Positions 48,241 to 59,900 are shown, counted from the first letter of the stretch. The stretch is 64,000 nt of DNA from Candidatus Krumholzibacteriia bacterium (GCA_963836185.1 CAWIIQ010000001.1:288001-352000); one strand, 5' to 3'. The notes: generated by a model from the letters alone, not told the origin. Numbers and translations are program-made.

Positions 48241-50652
48241 ATGAAAGCATTTCTGTTTTCAATCGCTGTGGTATGTCTCGTTCTCGTTCCAGCTGGCTCC
48301 TCGCTGCATGCCGAGTGGGTGGAGAATGGTATCGGATTGGGCGATGCGATCCTTGATCAGACCTATCAATCAATTATTCCCGATGGTGATGGCGGGTGCT
48401 ATATAGCCTGGACAGATTGGAGGTCCGGTACAGGCCTCGTGTATGTTCAACGGCTGGATAGCTATGGTGATGAGCTCTGGGCCCCCGGAGGAGTTCGGGC
48501 CTGTCTGCATAATACCTATCAGACCCGGCCTGTAATGGTCTCCGATGGAGGTGGCAATATCATTGTCGTCTGGATGGATACCAGGCCCAGTTGGAAGATG
48601 TACGCGCAGAAGATGAGCTCGGATGGAATCCTTCTCTGGGACACGGAAGGAGAGCTTATTTCGACTTACTTTGTGCCGGTTCTTGGCATCGAAATCTGTT
48701 CCGACGGTGCGGGCGGTGCGATCCTCGTCTGGGAGGACAACCGAAATGGTAATATTGACATTTACGCACAGAGAATATTGTCAGACGGTCGCTATGCCTG
48801 GGATGTTGAAGATGAGCCGATCGATACAGACACCTACAGCGATCGTAAGCCGGCAATAATTTCGGACGGTATCGGAGGGGCGATAATCACATGGCAGAAT
48901 GGAACCGGTGCACGGATTATGGCTCAAAGGCTCAGCGCTACAGGTTCGCCCCAATGGGCTGCCGGAGGCGAAGAAGCCTGCGGACATTTAAATTACTGCG
49001 GATTTCCCAAAATCGTTTCGGATGGTGCTGGAGGAGCAATAATAGCCTGGGATGATTCAAGAGGGGCCGATTACGATATTTATGCCCAGCGAGTCAAACA
49101 CGACGGGGCCATGCTGTGGACAGCGGACGGAGAGGTGATCTGTTCGTCGACAGGCGATCAATATATGAACGATATTGCTTCTGACGGCGATTGGGGAGCA
49201 GTAATCGTCTGGGAGGACAGCAGGAACTCGTCGCTTAGTGCCGATATATATGCCCAGGCAATCGATGGATGGGGAGATATCCAGTGGGCATCGAACGGCA
49301 TCGTGATGTACACAGGTAGTGGAGAGCAGAGCAGCGCCAGAATTGTATCAAACGGCGATGGCGGCTATTTTCTTGCATGGCTCGATATGAGATCCGGAGT
49401 CGACTACGATATTTTCTCAAAGAAGATCAATCAATCGGGATTGTCTCTGTGGAGTTCCCTGAGCGGTACTGTCTGTACTTCGAACTACACTCAGTCACAA
49501 CAGACCATTATTCACGATGGTGAGGGTAATCTTCTGGTCGCCTGGCTGGACGAGCGTAACGGATCCGACAAGGACATATACGCCCAGCGCATAGACAGGA
49601 ACGGATACTGGGGTAATCCGGCGCCCTCGATCGCATCGGTCCGTGATATCCCCGGCGATCAGGGAGGCTGGGTGAATATCTCCTTCGATGCAAGCCGCCT
49701 CGATATATGGCCCGAGGACGAGATCAGCTCATACACGGTCTGGCGCGCTATCGATGAGCAGCAGGCGATGCTGATGATGAAGAGCGGAGTGCCGTTATTG
49801 TCATCGGCGAGCGAGATGGGGTCCGACATGCAGGGTGCGCTCAGGTCCCAGATCATTGACGGAGAGATATATTACTGGACCCAGGTCGGCCTGGTCACCG
49901 CGCTGGATTACTTCGACGAATATTCCGATCAGGTCCAGACCCTTTTCGATTCGACGGCAGTAAGCATTGAGTATCACTACTTCCAGGTTATTGCTCACGG
50001 AAGCGGTCCCGATGCGTTCTGGGCATCGGCGCCGGACAGCGGCCGATCTGTCGACAACCTCGCTCCTTGTCCGCCGCTCGCACTGGCCGGGGAGCAGGCA
50101 TTCGATCCTGAAGGGCTGCAGCTCACATGGAGCGCGAATATAGAAGAGGATATGGATCACTATGTCATCCACCGTGGAACGAGCGAGAATTTCCTTCCCG
50201 GTCGTTTCACTCTCCTGGCCGAGCAGTGCGACACATTGCTCTTTGACGACGAATGGGACTGGTTGGCCGGTTACTGGTACAAGATCGCCGCGGTAGACAT
50301 CCACAACAATACAAGCGGGTACGCCGTCTTCGGCCCCGATATGGTCACAGGCGACGATCCGATGCCCGCGCCGGACGCGACATTCCTCGAGCAGAATTAC
50401 CCCAACCCGTTCAACCCGAACACGACGATCGCGTTCGGGTTAAAAGAGTCCGGGCATGTATCGCTCCGGATATATGACGCTGCCGGACGGCTCGTAACTA
50501 CTCTTGTTGATGAATCAAGATCCGCAGGTAGATATACCACTGAGTGGAAAGGTAAAAGCGCTGACGGATCAACCACAGCAAGTGGCGTCTACTTCTACAG
50601 GCTCATCACGAAGGAGTTTGAGGAAACGAAGAAGATGATCCTTTTGCGGTAA
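48241..50652 (+). CDS. Secreted beta-propeller repeat protein with T9SS/FlgD-Ig CTD (paralog 5)
   Basis: GGAGG SD; signal peptide; propeller repeats; DIPGDQGG/DSGRSVDNLAP; 'QNYPNPFNP...KKMILLR'. Confidence 0.9.
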   Translation: MKAFLFSIAVVCLVLVPAGSSLHAEWVENGIGLGDAILDQTYQSIIPDGDGGCYIAWTDWRSGTGLVYVQRLDSYGDELWAPGGVRACLHNTYQTRPVMVSDGGGNIIVVWMDTRPSWKMYAQKMSSDGILLWDTEGELISTYFVPVLGIEICSDGAGGAILVWEDNRNGNIDIYAQRILSDGRYAWDVEDEPIDTDTYSDRKPAIISDGIGGAIITWQNGTGARIMAQRLSATGSPQWAAGGEEACGHLNYCGFPKIVSDGAGGAIIAWDDSRGADYDIYAQRVKHDGAMLWTADGEVICSSTGDQYMNDIASDGDWGAVIVWEDSRNSSLSADIYAQAIDGWGDIQWASNGIVMYTGSGEQSSARIVSNGDGGYFLAWLDMRSGVDYDIFSKKINQSGLSLWSSLSGTVCTSNYTQSQQTIIHDGEGNLLVAWLDERNGSDKDIYAQRIDRNGYWGNPAPSIASVRDIPGDQGGWVNISFDASRLDIWPEDEISSYTVWRAIDEQQAMLMMKSGVPLLSSASEMGSDMQGALRSQIIDGEIYYWTQVGLVTALDYFDEYSDQVQTLFDSTAVSIEYHYFQVIAHGSGPDAFWASAPDSGRSVDNLAPCPPLALAGEQAFDPEGLQLTWSANIEEDMDHYVIHRGTSENFLPGRFTLLAEQCDTLLFDDEWDWLAGYWYKIAAVDIHNNTSGYAVFGPDMVTGDDPMPAPDATFLEQNYPNPFNPNTTIAFGLKESGHVSLRIYDAAGRLVTTLVDESRSAGRYTTEWKGKSADGSTTASGVYFYRLITKEFEETKKMILLR
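50434..50570 (+). repeat. 137-bp near-identical CTD cassette, copy 3
   Basis: Inverted relative to the copies at 21459 and 24162. Confidence 0.85.
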
Positions 50653-50691
50653 CATCGATACGATCGACCGGTGTTACCGTTATACAAAATG

Positions 50692-50720
50692 AAAGGGCGG
50701 CCTTAAGGGCCGCCCTTTTT
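50692..50720. terminator. Bidirectional intrinsic terminator
   Basis: AAAGGGCGGCC-TTAAG-GGCCGCCCTTTTT between convergent genes. Confidence 0.75.
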
Positions 50721-50744
50721 CGATGTTCCTCATTCAGATGGATT

Positions 50745-53196
50745 CTATTTCAGCAGGATCATCTTTTTCGTCTCGATGAAGTCCCCGCCGACAGGCGGTA
50801 GAAATAGACTCCGCTCGCGACTCTGGACCCGCTGTCGCTCATCCCGTTCCACCCTTCGTCGTACTGCCCGGCCGGCAGTGTGCCGCTGACCAGCTCGCGG
50901 ACCAGCCTTCCGGCGGAATCGTAGACGCTCAGCTTCACCGGGGATGCTTCCTTCAACCCGAACCGTATCGTAGTGACGGGATTGAATGGATTCGGGAAGT
51001 TCTGCGCGAGGAATGTCGCATCGGGCAGCAGGCATCGGGTCGTCCCCGGTCACCTGCTCGATGCAGAGCACCGCGTATTCGCTCTCGTTCCCGTGGATGT
51101 CGACCGCCGCTACCTTGTAGCAGAATCCCGAGTCCCACGACCAGCCGCCGTCGAACACCATCGGGTCGCAGCCCGTCGCGAGCAGGTTGTCCTCCGAAGG
51201 CTCGAATGACGGATCACTGCTCCGATATATATTGTAGCCGCCAAGATCCTCCTCGACGTTAGGCTCCCACGAAAGCGTCAGCCCCTCGGGTATGTACGAC
51301 TGCTCGCCGGCCAGCCCCATCGGGGTGCAGGGGGCGAGGTTGTCGACCGAGTATGCGCTGACAGGTTCCGAATTCCAGAATGTGTACGGATGTGCCGTGT
51401 TCGCGGTCACCACGAACCAGTGCATGCCGTTGTCGAGATCGCTTATGAAATTGCGCATCGTCGGGCACGCATATGCGTATTCATCCCAGTACTGGGCATC
51501 GACGCTCGCGACCCACTCCCATGCCGCTGCCGCTCCGAACGCGATATCGGTACGGTATGCTGTCCCCGCAAAGTCGAGGCCGACATCATTAGGTGAGGTC
51601 ACGATCATGCCGGCAATGTTCCCGGAATCGTTATCGAGATTCAGAGCCATCGCAGCGGGGGAGGAGACGCTCCGCCAGATCGTATAGTGGGTGATCAACT
51701 CCTCGGGGAACTCGTCCATACGTATCGGCGTCCACTCAAGCAGTACCTGGCCGCCCTGGTCGGAGGGGACGTCGGCAGCGCTCGTGATGACCGGCGCAGG
51801 ATCGCCCCAGTACCCGTACCTGTCGAACTTCTGTGCGTACAGCTTGAAGGTACTTGAGGATTCCCTTGCATCCCACCAGGCTGCTATTAATCCACCATCT
51901 TCCGTGGCCACTGCCCTGACGGCGTTCTGCTCGGCCGGCCAGTTGGAGAGGTTCTCGCCGTTGACGAACCAGTGAGTGCTCCCGCCGCCATCGATGTGCT
52001 GGCCGAAGATCTCGACATTCCCCGAGTACCTGTAATCGGTCCAGAGGACGTAGGCGCCGCCGGCACCGTCAGATACGATTGCCGGGTTATACTGGCCTCC
52101 GCCATCGTAGCAGACATCGTTTCCGTCATCCTGCCAGGTCGTTCCGCCCGCGAAATCGATACGCAATGCGTAAACGTTGCCAACCAGGTCGCGGTAGTCT
52201 ATCCAGGCAATGACAGCGCCGCCGGCACCGTCAGGGACCATGACCTGCTGCATCTGAATACCGTCTGCTCGCAGATCACCACCCCGAAGCCGGGGTTCCA
52301 GGCCTGCACTCCGTTGCTGAGCATCCTTTCAGCCTTGATATCCGGTGGCTGGTTACGCCCTCTATCCAGGAGATTATCGCTCCGCCGTTCATGTCGGAAA
52401 CGATGACGGGATTCGTCTGCGTCTCCACATTGTCGACTACGGCGTTGCCGTTGTTCGTCCATGCGTGGCTGCCGTTGAAGATGATCTTCTGCGCGAAGAT
52501 ATCATCGTTGCCATACCTGTAATCCGTCCATGCGATGATCGCGCCGCTGCTTCCATCTGCCGCCATCACGGGGAATCGCTGGTCGTCGCCGGATGTGCAG
52601 ACCGCGACACCGTTATATGTCCAGGGCATGTTTCCCGACGCATCGATCCTCGCCGCGTAGATGTCCCAGTTTGTTCCGGAACGGTAATCGGACCATGCGA
52701 TGATGGCGCCGCCCATGTCGTCAGAGATAATGTCGATATTTAGCTGGTCGTTTGACGCCCCGCATACAGTGATACCGCCGGTGGGCCAGGCGATGGTGCC
52801 GTTAGAAAGGACCCTCTGGGCGGTTACGTCGTAATTACCCGCACGGTCGTTGGCGTACGCGATGATCGCGCCGCCGTCTCCGTCGGATACCAGGTCGAGG
52901 TAGAGCTGGCTGCTGGTGAGCTGGGACACGTTTACTCCGCCGGCGTCCCACATGATGTTGCCGTCGCTGTCGACCCGCTGGGCGTAGACATCCCAGATGT
53001 TGTTCCCCTCACGCTCGTCCTGCCAGGCGATGATGGCGCCTCCCGCGCCGTCGGAGATGATCTGCTGGCCGGTCTGGGTCGCATTCCCGTTGCTCAGCAT
53101 CGTTCCGCCCTCGCTCCAGTCGGCATTGAGCGACGGGACGAGAAGGACGAGAACGAAAATCGCAGCGAGACACACTGGTAGCGCACGTATCCTCAT
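50745..53196 (-). pseudogene. Beta-propeller/T9SS CTD protein (paralog 6) interrupted by four single-base indels (pseudogene or assembly error)
   Basis: Paralog-like sequence hops frames near 52360, 52270, 51030 and 50786; start MRIRAL; ends KKMILLK. Confidence 0.75.
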
Positions 53197-53350
53197 GACG
53201 ATTCCCCTTTCAAATGGATGAATCTGGATAACAGATAATGATGCCTGCCCATAAAGCAGCCCCTGTTGCATCGGTGATTATAAATTGTGTAGTCCCGATT
53301 ACTATTATATCACAGCGGACATACGGGTTACAGGGATTTTGAATAGACGG

Positions 53351-54418
53351 TCAGTTGATTTTCTGCAGGAATGCCGGTTTGGATGCGTTTTCCAGGAGGA
53401 TTTCCTTTGTCCCCGTACTCATCTCGTACGTAAACATGGTGTCTCCCTGCGCAAACACGAATCGATCATTACCGATCCAGTTGAAATCGATCCCGCTGAT
53501 CTTGTGGATGTTGGACGGGTCGCCTGTTTCCAGCACAAGGGCCTCCGGCGAGAAGAACATCCCGATATACCGGCCGTCGAAAGACCAGGACACAGCCCTT
53601 ACGTTCCCGTCCTTCGCCTTTGCCGGCCCCCTGTAGAGTCTTTGCAGAGAGTCGCTCTCAAGATCGCAGACCCATAAGTTGTCGAATCCCTCTTTTTCGA
53701 CGTACTCCACCTCGATGAAAGCGACATGGGTCTTGTCGCAGGAGATCCCCGGGTCCAGGATGCTTTTCCTGGTGGCGACTATCCTGTCGTCACCCGAGGC
53801 TGAATCTCTAATAGTGAGGTTGTCCATGTATTTATCTTCAACCCTCACATTGTCGGTGTATGCCGTAAGAGTTCCGTCTGCGGTATAGTCAGCATCAATT
53901 GATTTCCGTGCCTGCTCGTAGGCGGTGTCTTTCCTGGCTCCCTCGCGGATATCGTATTCGAAGAATCCCCATACGTCATAGCCTGAAGCCGCATAGTACA
54001 TCAGCCTTTCGCCGGGCAGCCATCTTGCCGGGTATATCCAGTTGTCTTCCGGCGGCATGAGCTCCGTCACTATCCCCATATCCAGGAGCCGTACGATCAC
54101 TATCGAGCATACCGCTCTCTTGCCCGCTTCCTCGCCTTCCTCCAGCCACCCCGGCTCGTCGGCATATCCGATGATCATTGAGCATGCAAGGTGCTTCAGG
54201 TCGGGAGAGAATAGAAATTCCTCGACCGTCCCGTCGCTCGAGGTTACCTGCCTGACACCCTGGCCGTCCGTGCCGATGATCCAGACATCCCCGTCCCTGA
54301 GAAATGCGATGTGTCCGGCCACATCGACGCTCACTGGTCCGGCAGCAGATGCGGCACCGGACAGGACAAGGCAGGCAGACAGAATAACGAGAATGGATAT
54401 GATAGGTCGTGCAGACAT
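53351..54418 (-). CDS. Periplasmic TolB/PD40-like beta-propeller protein
   Basis: Signal peptide; 'IAFLRDGDVWI...G..VRQVT', 'FSPD.KHLA', 'WSFDGRYI'. Confidence 0.65.
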   Translation of the reverse strand: MSARPIISILVILSACLVLSGAASAAGPVSVDVAGHIAFLRDGDVWIIGTDGQGVRQVTSSDGTVEEFLFSPDLKHLACSMIIGYADEPGWLEEGEEAGKRAVCSIVIVRLLDMGIVTELMPPEDNWIYPARWLPGERLMYYAASGYDVWGFFEYDIREGARKDTAYEQARKSIDADYTADGTLTAYTDNVRVEDKYMDNLTIRDSASGDDRIVATRKSILDPGISCDKTHVAFIEVEYVEKEGFDNLWVCDLESDSLQRLYRGPAKAKDGNVRAVSWSFDGRYIGMFFSPEALVLETGDPSNIHKISGIDFNWIGNDRFVFAQGDTMFTYEMSTGTKEILLENASKPAFLQKIN

Positions 54419-54617
54419 GTTTTTACCCCCCGGAGATATTGTCTCGTTGACCCTAGCATTAGTTCTGACCTGATTGCAAAAGGATTAATCCGGCTCGGTA
54501 TAGGCGCGGAGAATCCTTAGGACCGGCACGTGAAAACAAAAATCGGCCCTGTACTATTTTTGAATCAGCGATATACTGTCTCAGAGTTGTAGCGGCGCTC
54601 AAAACAACAGAAAACCT

Positions 54618-55526
54618 ATGAAGCGGATATATCGAATAAGGAAAGATGCGTTTGTCGCGTTGATATTCAGCCTCCTGGTATGCTGTGCGGGGGGCACGAA
54701 GAGTGAAGAAAATAGCGGCGACCGCTACGGCCCCCTTGAGGTCGGCCTGGCCGCCGGAATATTCGACAACAGTTTTGTCGACGACGTGATCAGCCCCGTG
54801 GTCTATACCGCCTCCTCACCGATTTACGAGGCGCTCTATCGCTTCGTCGACGAAGAGGCCCGGGGTGCCGTGTCATTGAAGTATGTCTCGTATACCGCCG
54901 CAATGAGAGATGGGTTCCCCGGGGATGATTTCGAGTTGCTCGACTCAGATGGCGATCCTTATTCCTTCCCCAGAAGCATGCACGAGATGAAAGGGTCGCG
55001 TTTCGAGATGTATCTCGATATCTCGAAACGAGTAGCCGCGTTTCATGATGGAAAGACCGCTTTCTATCTTGGCGGTGAAATGAAGATATTCTTCGAGTCG
55101 ATGAAAAGTTATGACTACTGGAGCAGCACGATGGGGTGGGAGAAACAAAAATCCGAATTGTCGGGCTTCTCGATAATCATGACTGGAAAACTCGAGCGCC
55201 GCATCCGCAGGCTCGACCGGCTTGCCATCGACCTGGACTTCACACTTGCCTCTCTGGTGGAACGGCTGCCTTACTATGCGCCTCTTTCCAGGATGGAGGA
55301 TCTGGACGAGGATTCCAATATTTCCCCCAATACGTACGGGATGCTCTTTTATGACTATCTGGACTGGTCGGTCCAGTTTTCTTACATGTTCTGGATCTGG
55401 GAGTCGCTCGGCCTTGAAGCGAGCTACCGGTTCCGGCACCAGCATGTGACCGAGCCCCGTCCCTTGAGATATGTGTCAAACACCCTGAGCCTGGGAGTGA
55501 TCTTTGCGATCAAAGACGAGAAATAG
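54618..55526 (+). CDS. Hypothetical outer-membrane beta-barrel-like protein
   Basis: Alternating aromatic beta-strand pattern ending 'LSLGVIF'; overlaps the S41 peptidase gene. Confidence 0.5.
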   Translation: MKRIYRIRKDAFVALIFSLLVCCAGGTKSEENSGDRYGPLEVGLAAGIFDNSFVDDVISPVVYTASSPIYEALYRFVDEEARGAVSLKYVSYTAAMRDGFPGDDFELLDSDGDPYSFPRSMHEMKGSRFEMYLDISKRVAAFHDGKTAFYLGGEMKIFFESMKSYDYWSSTMGWEKQKSELSGFSIIMTGKLERRIRRLDRLAIDLDFTLASLVERLPYYAPLSRMEDLDEDSNISPNTYGMLFYDYLDWSVQFSYMFWIWESLGLEASYRFRHQHVTEPRPLRYVSNTLSLGVIFAIKDEK

Positions 55527-56625
55527 GCTGGGCGCACTCGGTTCTCTGGCGATGGCCGTCACTGTTCTTGTCACTGCCTGCGGTGAACGACTGCTCGAGG
55601 TCGAGTTCGAGAACGATCCCGTCGGCAACTTCGAAGCCCTCTGGAACGAATTCGATCGTTACTATGGCCTGTTCGACGTCCGCGATGTAGACTGGGATTC
55701 TCTTTATACGGTCTACAGGCCGCGCGTTAATGAGGGTTCAACGGATGCCGAGCTGTATGATGCGATGGCGGGGATTCTCTCGCACCTGCAGGATGCGCAT
55801 GTGTCATTATGTGCCCAGGGATTTCCGGTGTATTCCTCAGATTACGATGCTGATCCGCCCCTGTTCTCGGACTCGCAACCAGACAGTTTTCGCAGCGACA
55901 GGAACGCTCTGTGGAATACGGCTCTCAATGTCTACATGGATTCGGTCTACGTCAGCGCTGCCGAATTCGGCTATACCAGGGGATTTTCGGGGTACGGCAG
56001 GATCAGCTCCGATCACACGGATCTGGATCTGGGATATATGATCCTGTACCATTTCTCTCTCTCCGAACTCCCGAACGACTATTTTGACGCGGCGATTAAG
56101 TCGTTCCGTGATTGTGACGGAGTCATCATCGATCTTCGGGTAAACAGGGGCGGATCAAGCGGGGTCATGAGCGCACTGATCGACAGGTTTGCCGACATGG
56201 AACGCTCATATCACGTGAGCAGATACCGGGACGGGCCGGAACATGATGACTTTTCCGATCCGGAGACCTACTACCTCTATCCGACCGATAATGCCATCGG
56301 TGATACTCCTCTGGCAGTACTCACGGGCCGTCGTACATACAGCGCCGGCGAATACTTCACTCTCGGAGCGATGGTCCTGCCTCAGGCCACGATACTGGGT
56401 GATACTACCAACGGTGTTTTCGGATCGAACACTATGAAGGTACTGCCCAACGGCTGGGAAATCACCCTGTCACCGGAGCTGGTTACATCGGTCTATGGCG
56501 TCTGCTACGAGGGCATCGGCATCCCTCCGGATATCCGTGTGATGGCTTCCCGGGTCGAGGTCGACACAGGCTATGACGCCGTGATCGACAGGGCGATCGA
56601 ACTCCTTGAGTCCGCTAACCCGTAA
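55504..56625 (+). CDS. S41-family peptidase lipoprotein (tricorn C1 plus S41 domain)
   Basis: Lipobox 'VTAC'; 'NFEALW..FDRYY.LF....VDW', 'LQDAHV', 'IDLRVNRGG', 'TYSAGE', 'EGIGIPPD'. Confidence 0.88.
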   Translation: MRSKTRNRLGALGSLAMAVTVLVTACGERLLEVEFENDPVGNFEALWNEFDRYYGLFDVRDVDWDSLYTVYRPRVNEGSTDAELYDAMAGILSHLQDAHVSLCAQGFPVYSSDYDADPPLFSDSQPDSFRSDRNALWNTALNVYMDSVYVSAAEFGYTRGFSGYGRISSDHTDLDLGYMILYHFSLSELPNDYFDAAIKSFRDCDGVIIDLRVNRGGSSGVMSALIDRFADMERSYHVSRYRDGPEHDDFSDPETYYLYPTDNAIGDTPLAVLTGRRTYSAGEYFTLGAMVLPQATILGDTTNGVFGSNTMKVLPNGWEITLSPELVTSVYGVCYEGIGIPPDIRVMASRVEVDTGYDAVIDRAIELLESANP

Positions 56626-56654
56626 TGTTCATTGCGGTTCAACCGGAACGGGCG

Positions 56655-56683
56655 TTGAAATAGAACCGCGCTTATGGTATACT
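56655..56683 (+). promoter_or_regulatory. sigma70-type promoter
   Basis: TTGAAA-N17-TATACT with extended -10 TG; predicts a ~220-nt leader. Confidence 0.6.
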
Positions 56684-56907
56684 GCCGCGTGTAAAGCTGC
56701 TAGGTCAGCGATTCAGGGGAAAATCCTGAGGGGAACCAGCTTTTCATTACCGGATAACACATCGCCTTCCTCTCAGTGTTCTATTCAAAGGCAGTTCAAC
56801 CAACTTCACAGGGCGCGAGTTGTATTTCCAGTAGATGCAACAATCGTGTCGAGGTGTCACGAGTGGCGTCTCTTTAGCGTCCGTTTCTGCCAGAGAGAGG
56901 GGTAATC

Positions 56908-59900
56908 ATGAATCGCCTGGCAACCTTCGCGCTCGTGCTGGCGTTTGTCATCACAGCCGGCACGGCGCACTCGGCAATCATTTATGTAAATCACGCAGCA
57001 ACGGGAGCCAACGACGGAACGTCGTGGGGCGATGCATACACCGATCTCCAGGCCGCACTGGCGGCCATGTCGGCAAGCGATGAAGTCTGGGTCGCGGCGG
57101 GAACCTACTACCCGACAGCGACGACGGACCGGTATGCCTCGTTCGTAATGAGTTATAACAGGAAACTGTACGGCGGTTTCGCGGGAACAGAGACCAGTAC
57201 CGGTCAGCGGGATATCGACAGCAATCCCACCATTCTCAGTGGGAACATAGGCGATCCCGGATCAACCGCGGACAATTCATTCGCTGTCGTCAAGCTCAGC
57301 TATCCGGATTCCAATACCGTAGTCGACGGCTTCAATATTCAGGACGGAAATGCGGATGAGGGCCCCTCAGACGCCGAGGGATACGCGGGTGGAGGAATGC
57401 AGATCCTCGACTCGAGTATAATCGGAGGTGCGGTTAAGGTCCGAAACGTGATCTATCGCGATAACCAGGCCAGCCGGGGCGGCGCGGTATACGTTGAGGC
57501 GATGCTCGGCAGCGGAACAAACGGCGCTGCCGAATTTGAAAACGTGTCTTTCTATGACAACACTGCCACAGGTGAGCATATTCAGGGATGGGGCGGGGCC
57601 CTGTACTCCGTGGACTCTCACATCGAGATGAACAGGGTGCGGTTTTACGGCGGAAGCGCTGACTACGGCGGCGGAGCGTGTATAGAAGGTGGAGCGGTCT
57701 GGCTCTATAATGCCGTGTTCCACGACAACTCGGCCTTGTATGGCGGCGGCCTGAACACATATCTCAGCAGTGCCTTCATCGCCAACACGACTTTCACCGG
57801 AAACTCCGCGACAACAGGCGGCGGCGGGATCTTTAGCAACCAGACTTCCATGTCGCTGGTCAACGTCATCATGTGGGATGATTCCGCACCGACCGAGCCG
57901 GAGATCAGGTACGGCACGACTCCTCCGGGGATCTCTTACTCCCTGATCGAAGGGTGCTGGCCAGGGCTATTCTGGGACTCGTCGCTCGGGACCGACAACG
58001 GCAACAATCTCGACAGTGACCCTCTTTTCCTCGATCCGGCCAGCGATGATTTCAGTCTGGATGACTGCTCTCCTGCCGTGAACGCGGGTAACGTCACGAT
58101 GCCGGCTCTGCCGGCGACCGATCTTGATGGCGACAGCAGGATAGTCGGTGCGGAAATAGACATGGGCGCTCTCGAGAACCAGAACGCCGCGATAGCCACT
58201 GTCTTGTTCGTCGACGCATCGGCAACGGGCGCCGGAGACGGCTCGTCCTGGGCCGATGCCTTCAACGACCTGCAGGACGCGCTCGCTGCCTCAGATCTGT
58301 GCCCGGTGATAGACCAGATATGGGTAGCGGCGGGGACATATAAGCCGACGTCCGGATACGACAGGGACATCAGTTTCGAGGTCAGGGAAAAAGTTTCACT
58401 CTATGGCGGTTTCGCGGGGACCGAAGTGTCGCCTGCCGAGCGCAACCTGTCGGTGAATGAGACGATACTGAGCGGAGAGCTCGCAAGTGCAGGTCCGGAT
58501 GACAACAGTCAACATGTCGTTGATGCGAGAGACGCGGATTCGACGACCGCAATCGACGGTTTTACTATAAGTGATGGATGGGGTGAACAGGCTCTATGGT
58601 CAAAGAGTGGAGGGGGGATCTACATCGTTGATGGATCACCAGTGATCAGAAACGTCATCATCGAGAACAACGGAGCGACCACAGGAGGGGGAGCATCTGT
58701 TGGCTCTGGTGCGCCACGATTCGAAAATGTGATCTTTCGCGACAACCTGGCATTCGGCGTTGCGATTTCCCCGTATGGACTCGGGGGAGGCCTGTATGTT
58801 TCTACGAGCAGTCGAGTCGAGCTTTCAGGTGTCTCATTCGAGGGAAACAGTGCGGATAACGGTGGGGCGATATACCATGAATCGGGGGATCTGTATCTGA
58901 CCGACGGGATCATCACGGGGTGTACAAGTCAGCAGGCTGGGGGCGGCATATACGCGACTGGCGCTGGGGAGACGGTCCTGCAGCAGGTGACGTTCGACAG
59001 CTGCGGGTCAGAGAGTGCCGCAGGCGGGATCCGAAACTCGAACCACACAATGAGGATCATTGCCTGCCGTTTCATCGACTGCTATGCGGATTCGTATGGC
59101 GGGGCTGTTTTCTGTTCTGATTCCGATGTGGAAATGACAAATTCAGTATTTTTCCGAAACGGTTATGTCAGCCAGGGAGGAGCGCTCTTCAATCTGGATT
59201 GTTCCCCTGTCATCACAAATTGCTCGTTTTCAAAAAATTTCGCGTTTACAGGCGGAGCGATGTACAATGACGGCGTCAGCCTGCCTGTCATCGTCAATTC
59301 CATCTTCTGGGCCGACAGCGCGCTGATCCAGCCGGAGATCCTCAACAGGCCCGATGCAACCCCGTCGATCTCATACTCGATAATCGAGGGATCGGGAGGA
59401 AGCGGAGGCGGATGGAACACCTCGCTGGGGTCAGACGGCGGGCACAACCTTGACCTGGACCCTCTCTATTTCAACGAGACAGCGGGAGACCTTCACATCG
59501 GTCTCGACTCCCCTGCGTTCGATGCAGGAAATGATGCGGCCCCGAATCTTCCGTCCACTGATTTCGACGGGTACGCAAGGATCTGGGGCACATCGGTCGA
59601 TATGGGCGTCTATGAGGTCCAGGAGTCGGCATGCCCCGGGGCCATAGTCTATGTCGATTCCGCCGCGGCAGGGATGAACGACGGATCATCCTGGGCAGAT
59701 GCCTTCAACGACCTGCGGTCAGCACTGCAGGTCACCGCAGTGTGCTTGTCGGTGGAAGAGATCTGGGTAGCCGCCGGCACATACTTCCCGACGTCAGGGT
59801 CGGACCAAAATGCCAGATTCGAACTGCAGGGCGGCCTGGCGATCTGCGGCGGATTCGCGGGCTGGGAGAGCCTGCTTTCCGAGCGTGATATCGAGAACAA

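Noticed and set aside
21459-50570. CTD repeats as diversity-generating retroelement TR/VR pairs
   Set aside because: Differences are mostly synonymous third-position changes, not adenine-specific, and no reverse transcriptase is present in the window.
56700-56780. c-di-AMP (ydaO) or c-di-GMP riboswitch
   Set aside because: GGGGAACCAGCTTTT resembles part of ydaO, but the downstream GGGG-AATC and AGCTAAC elements are missing; no GEMM core is seen.
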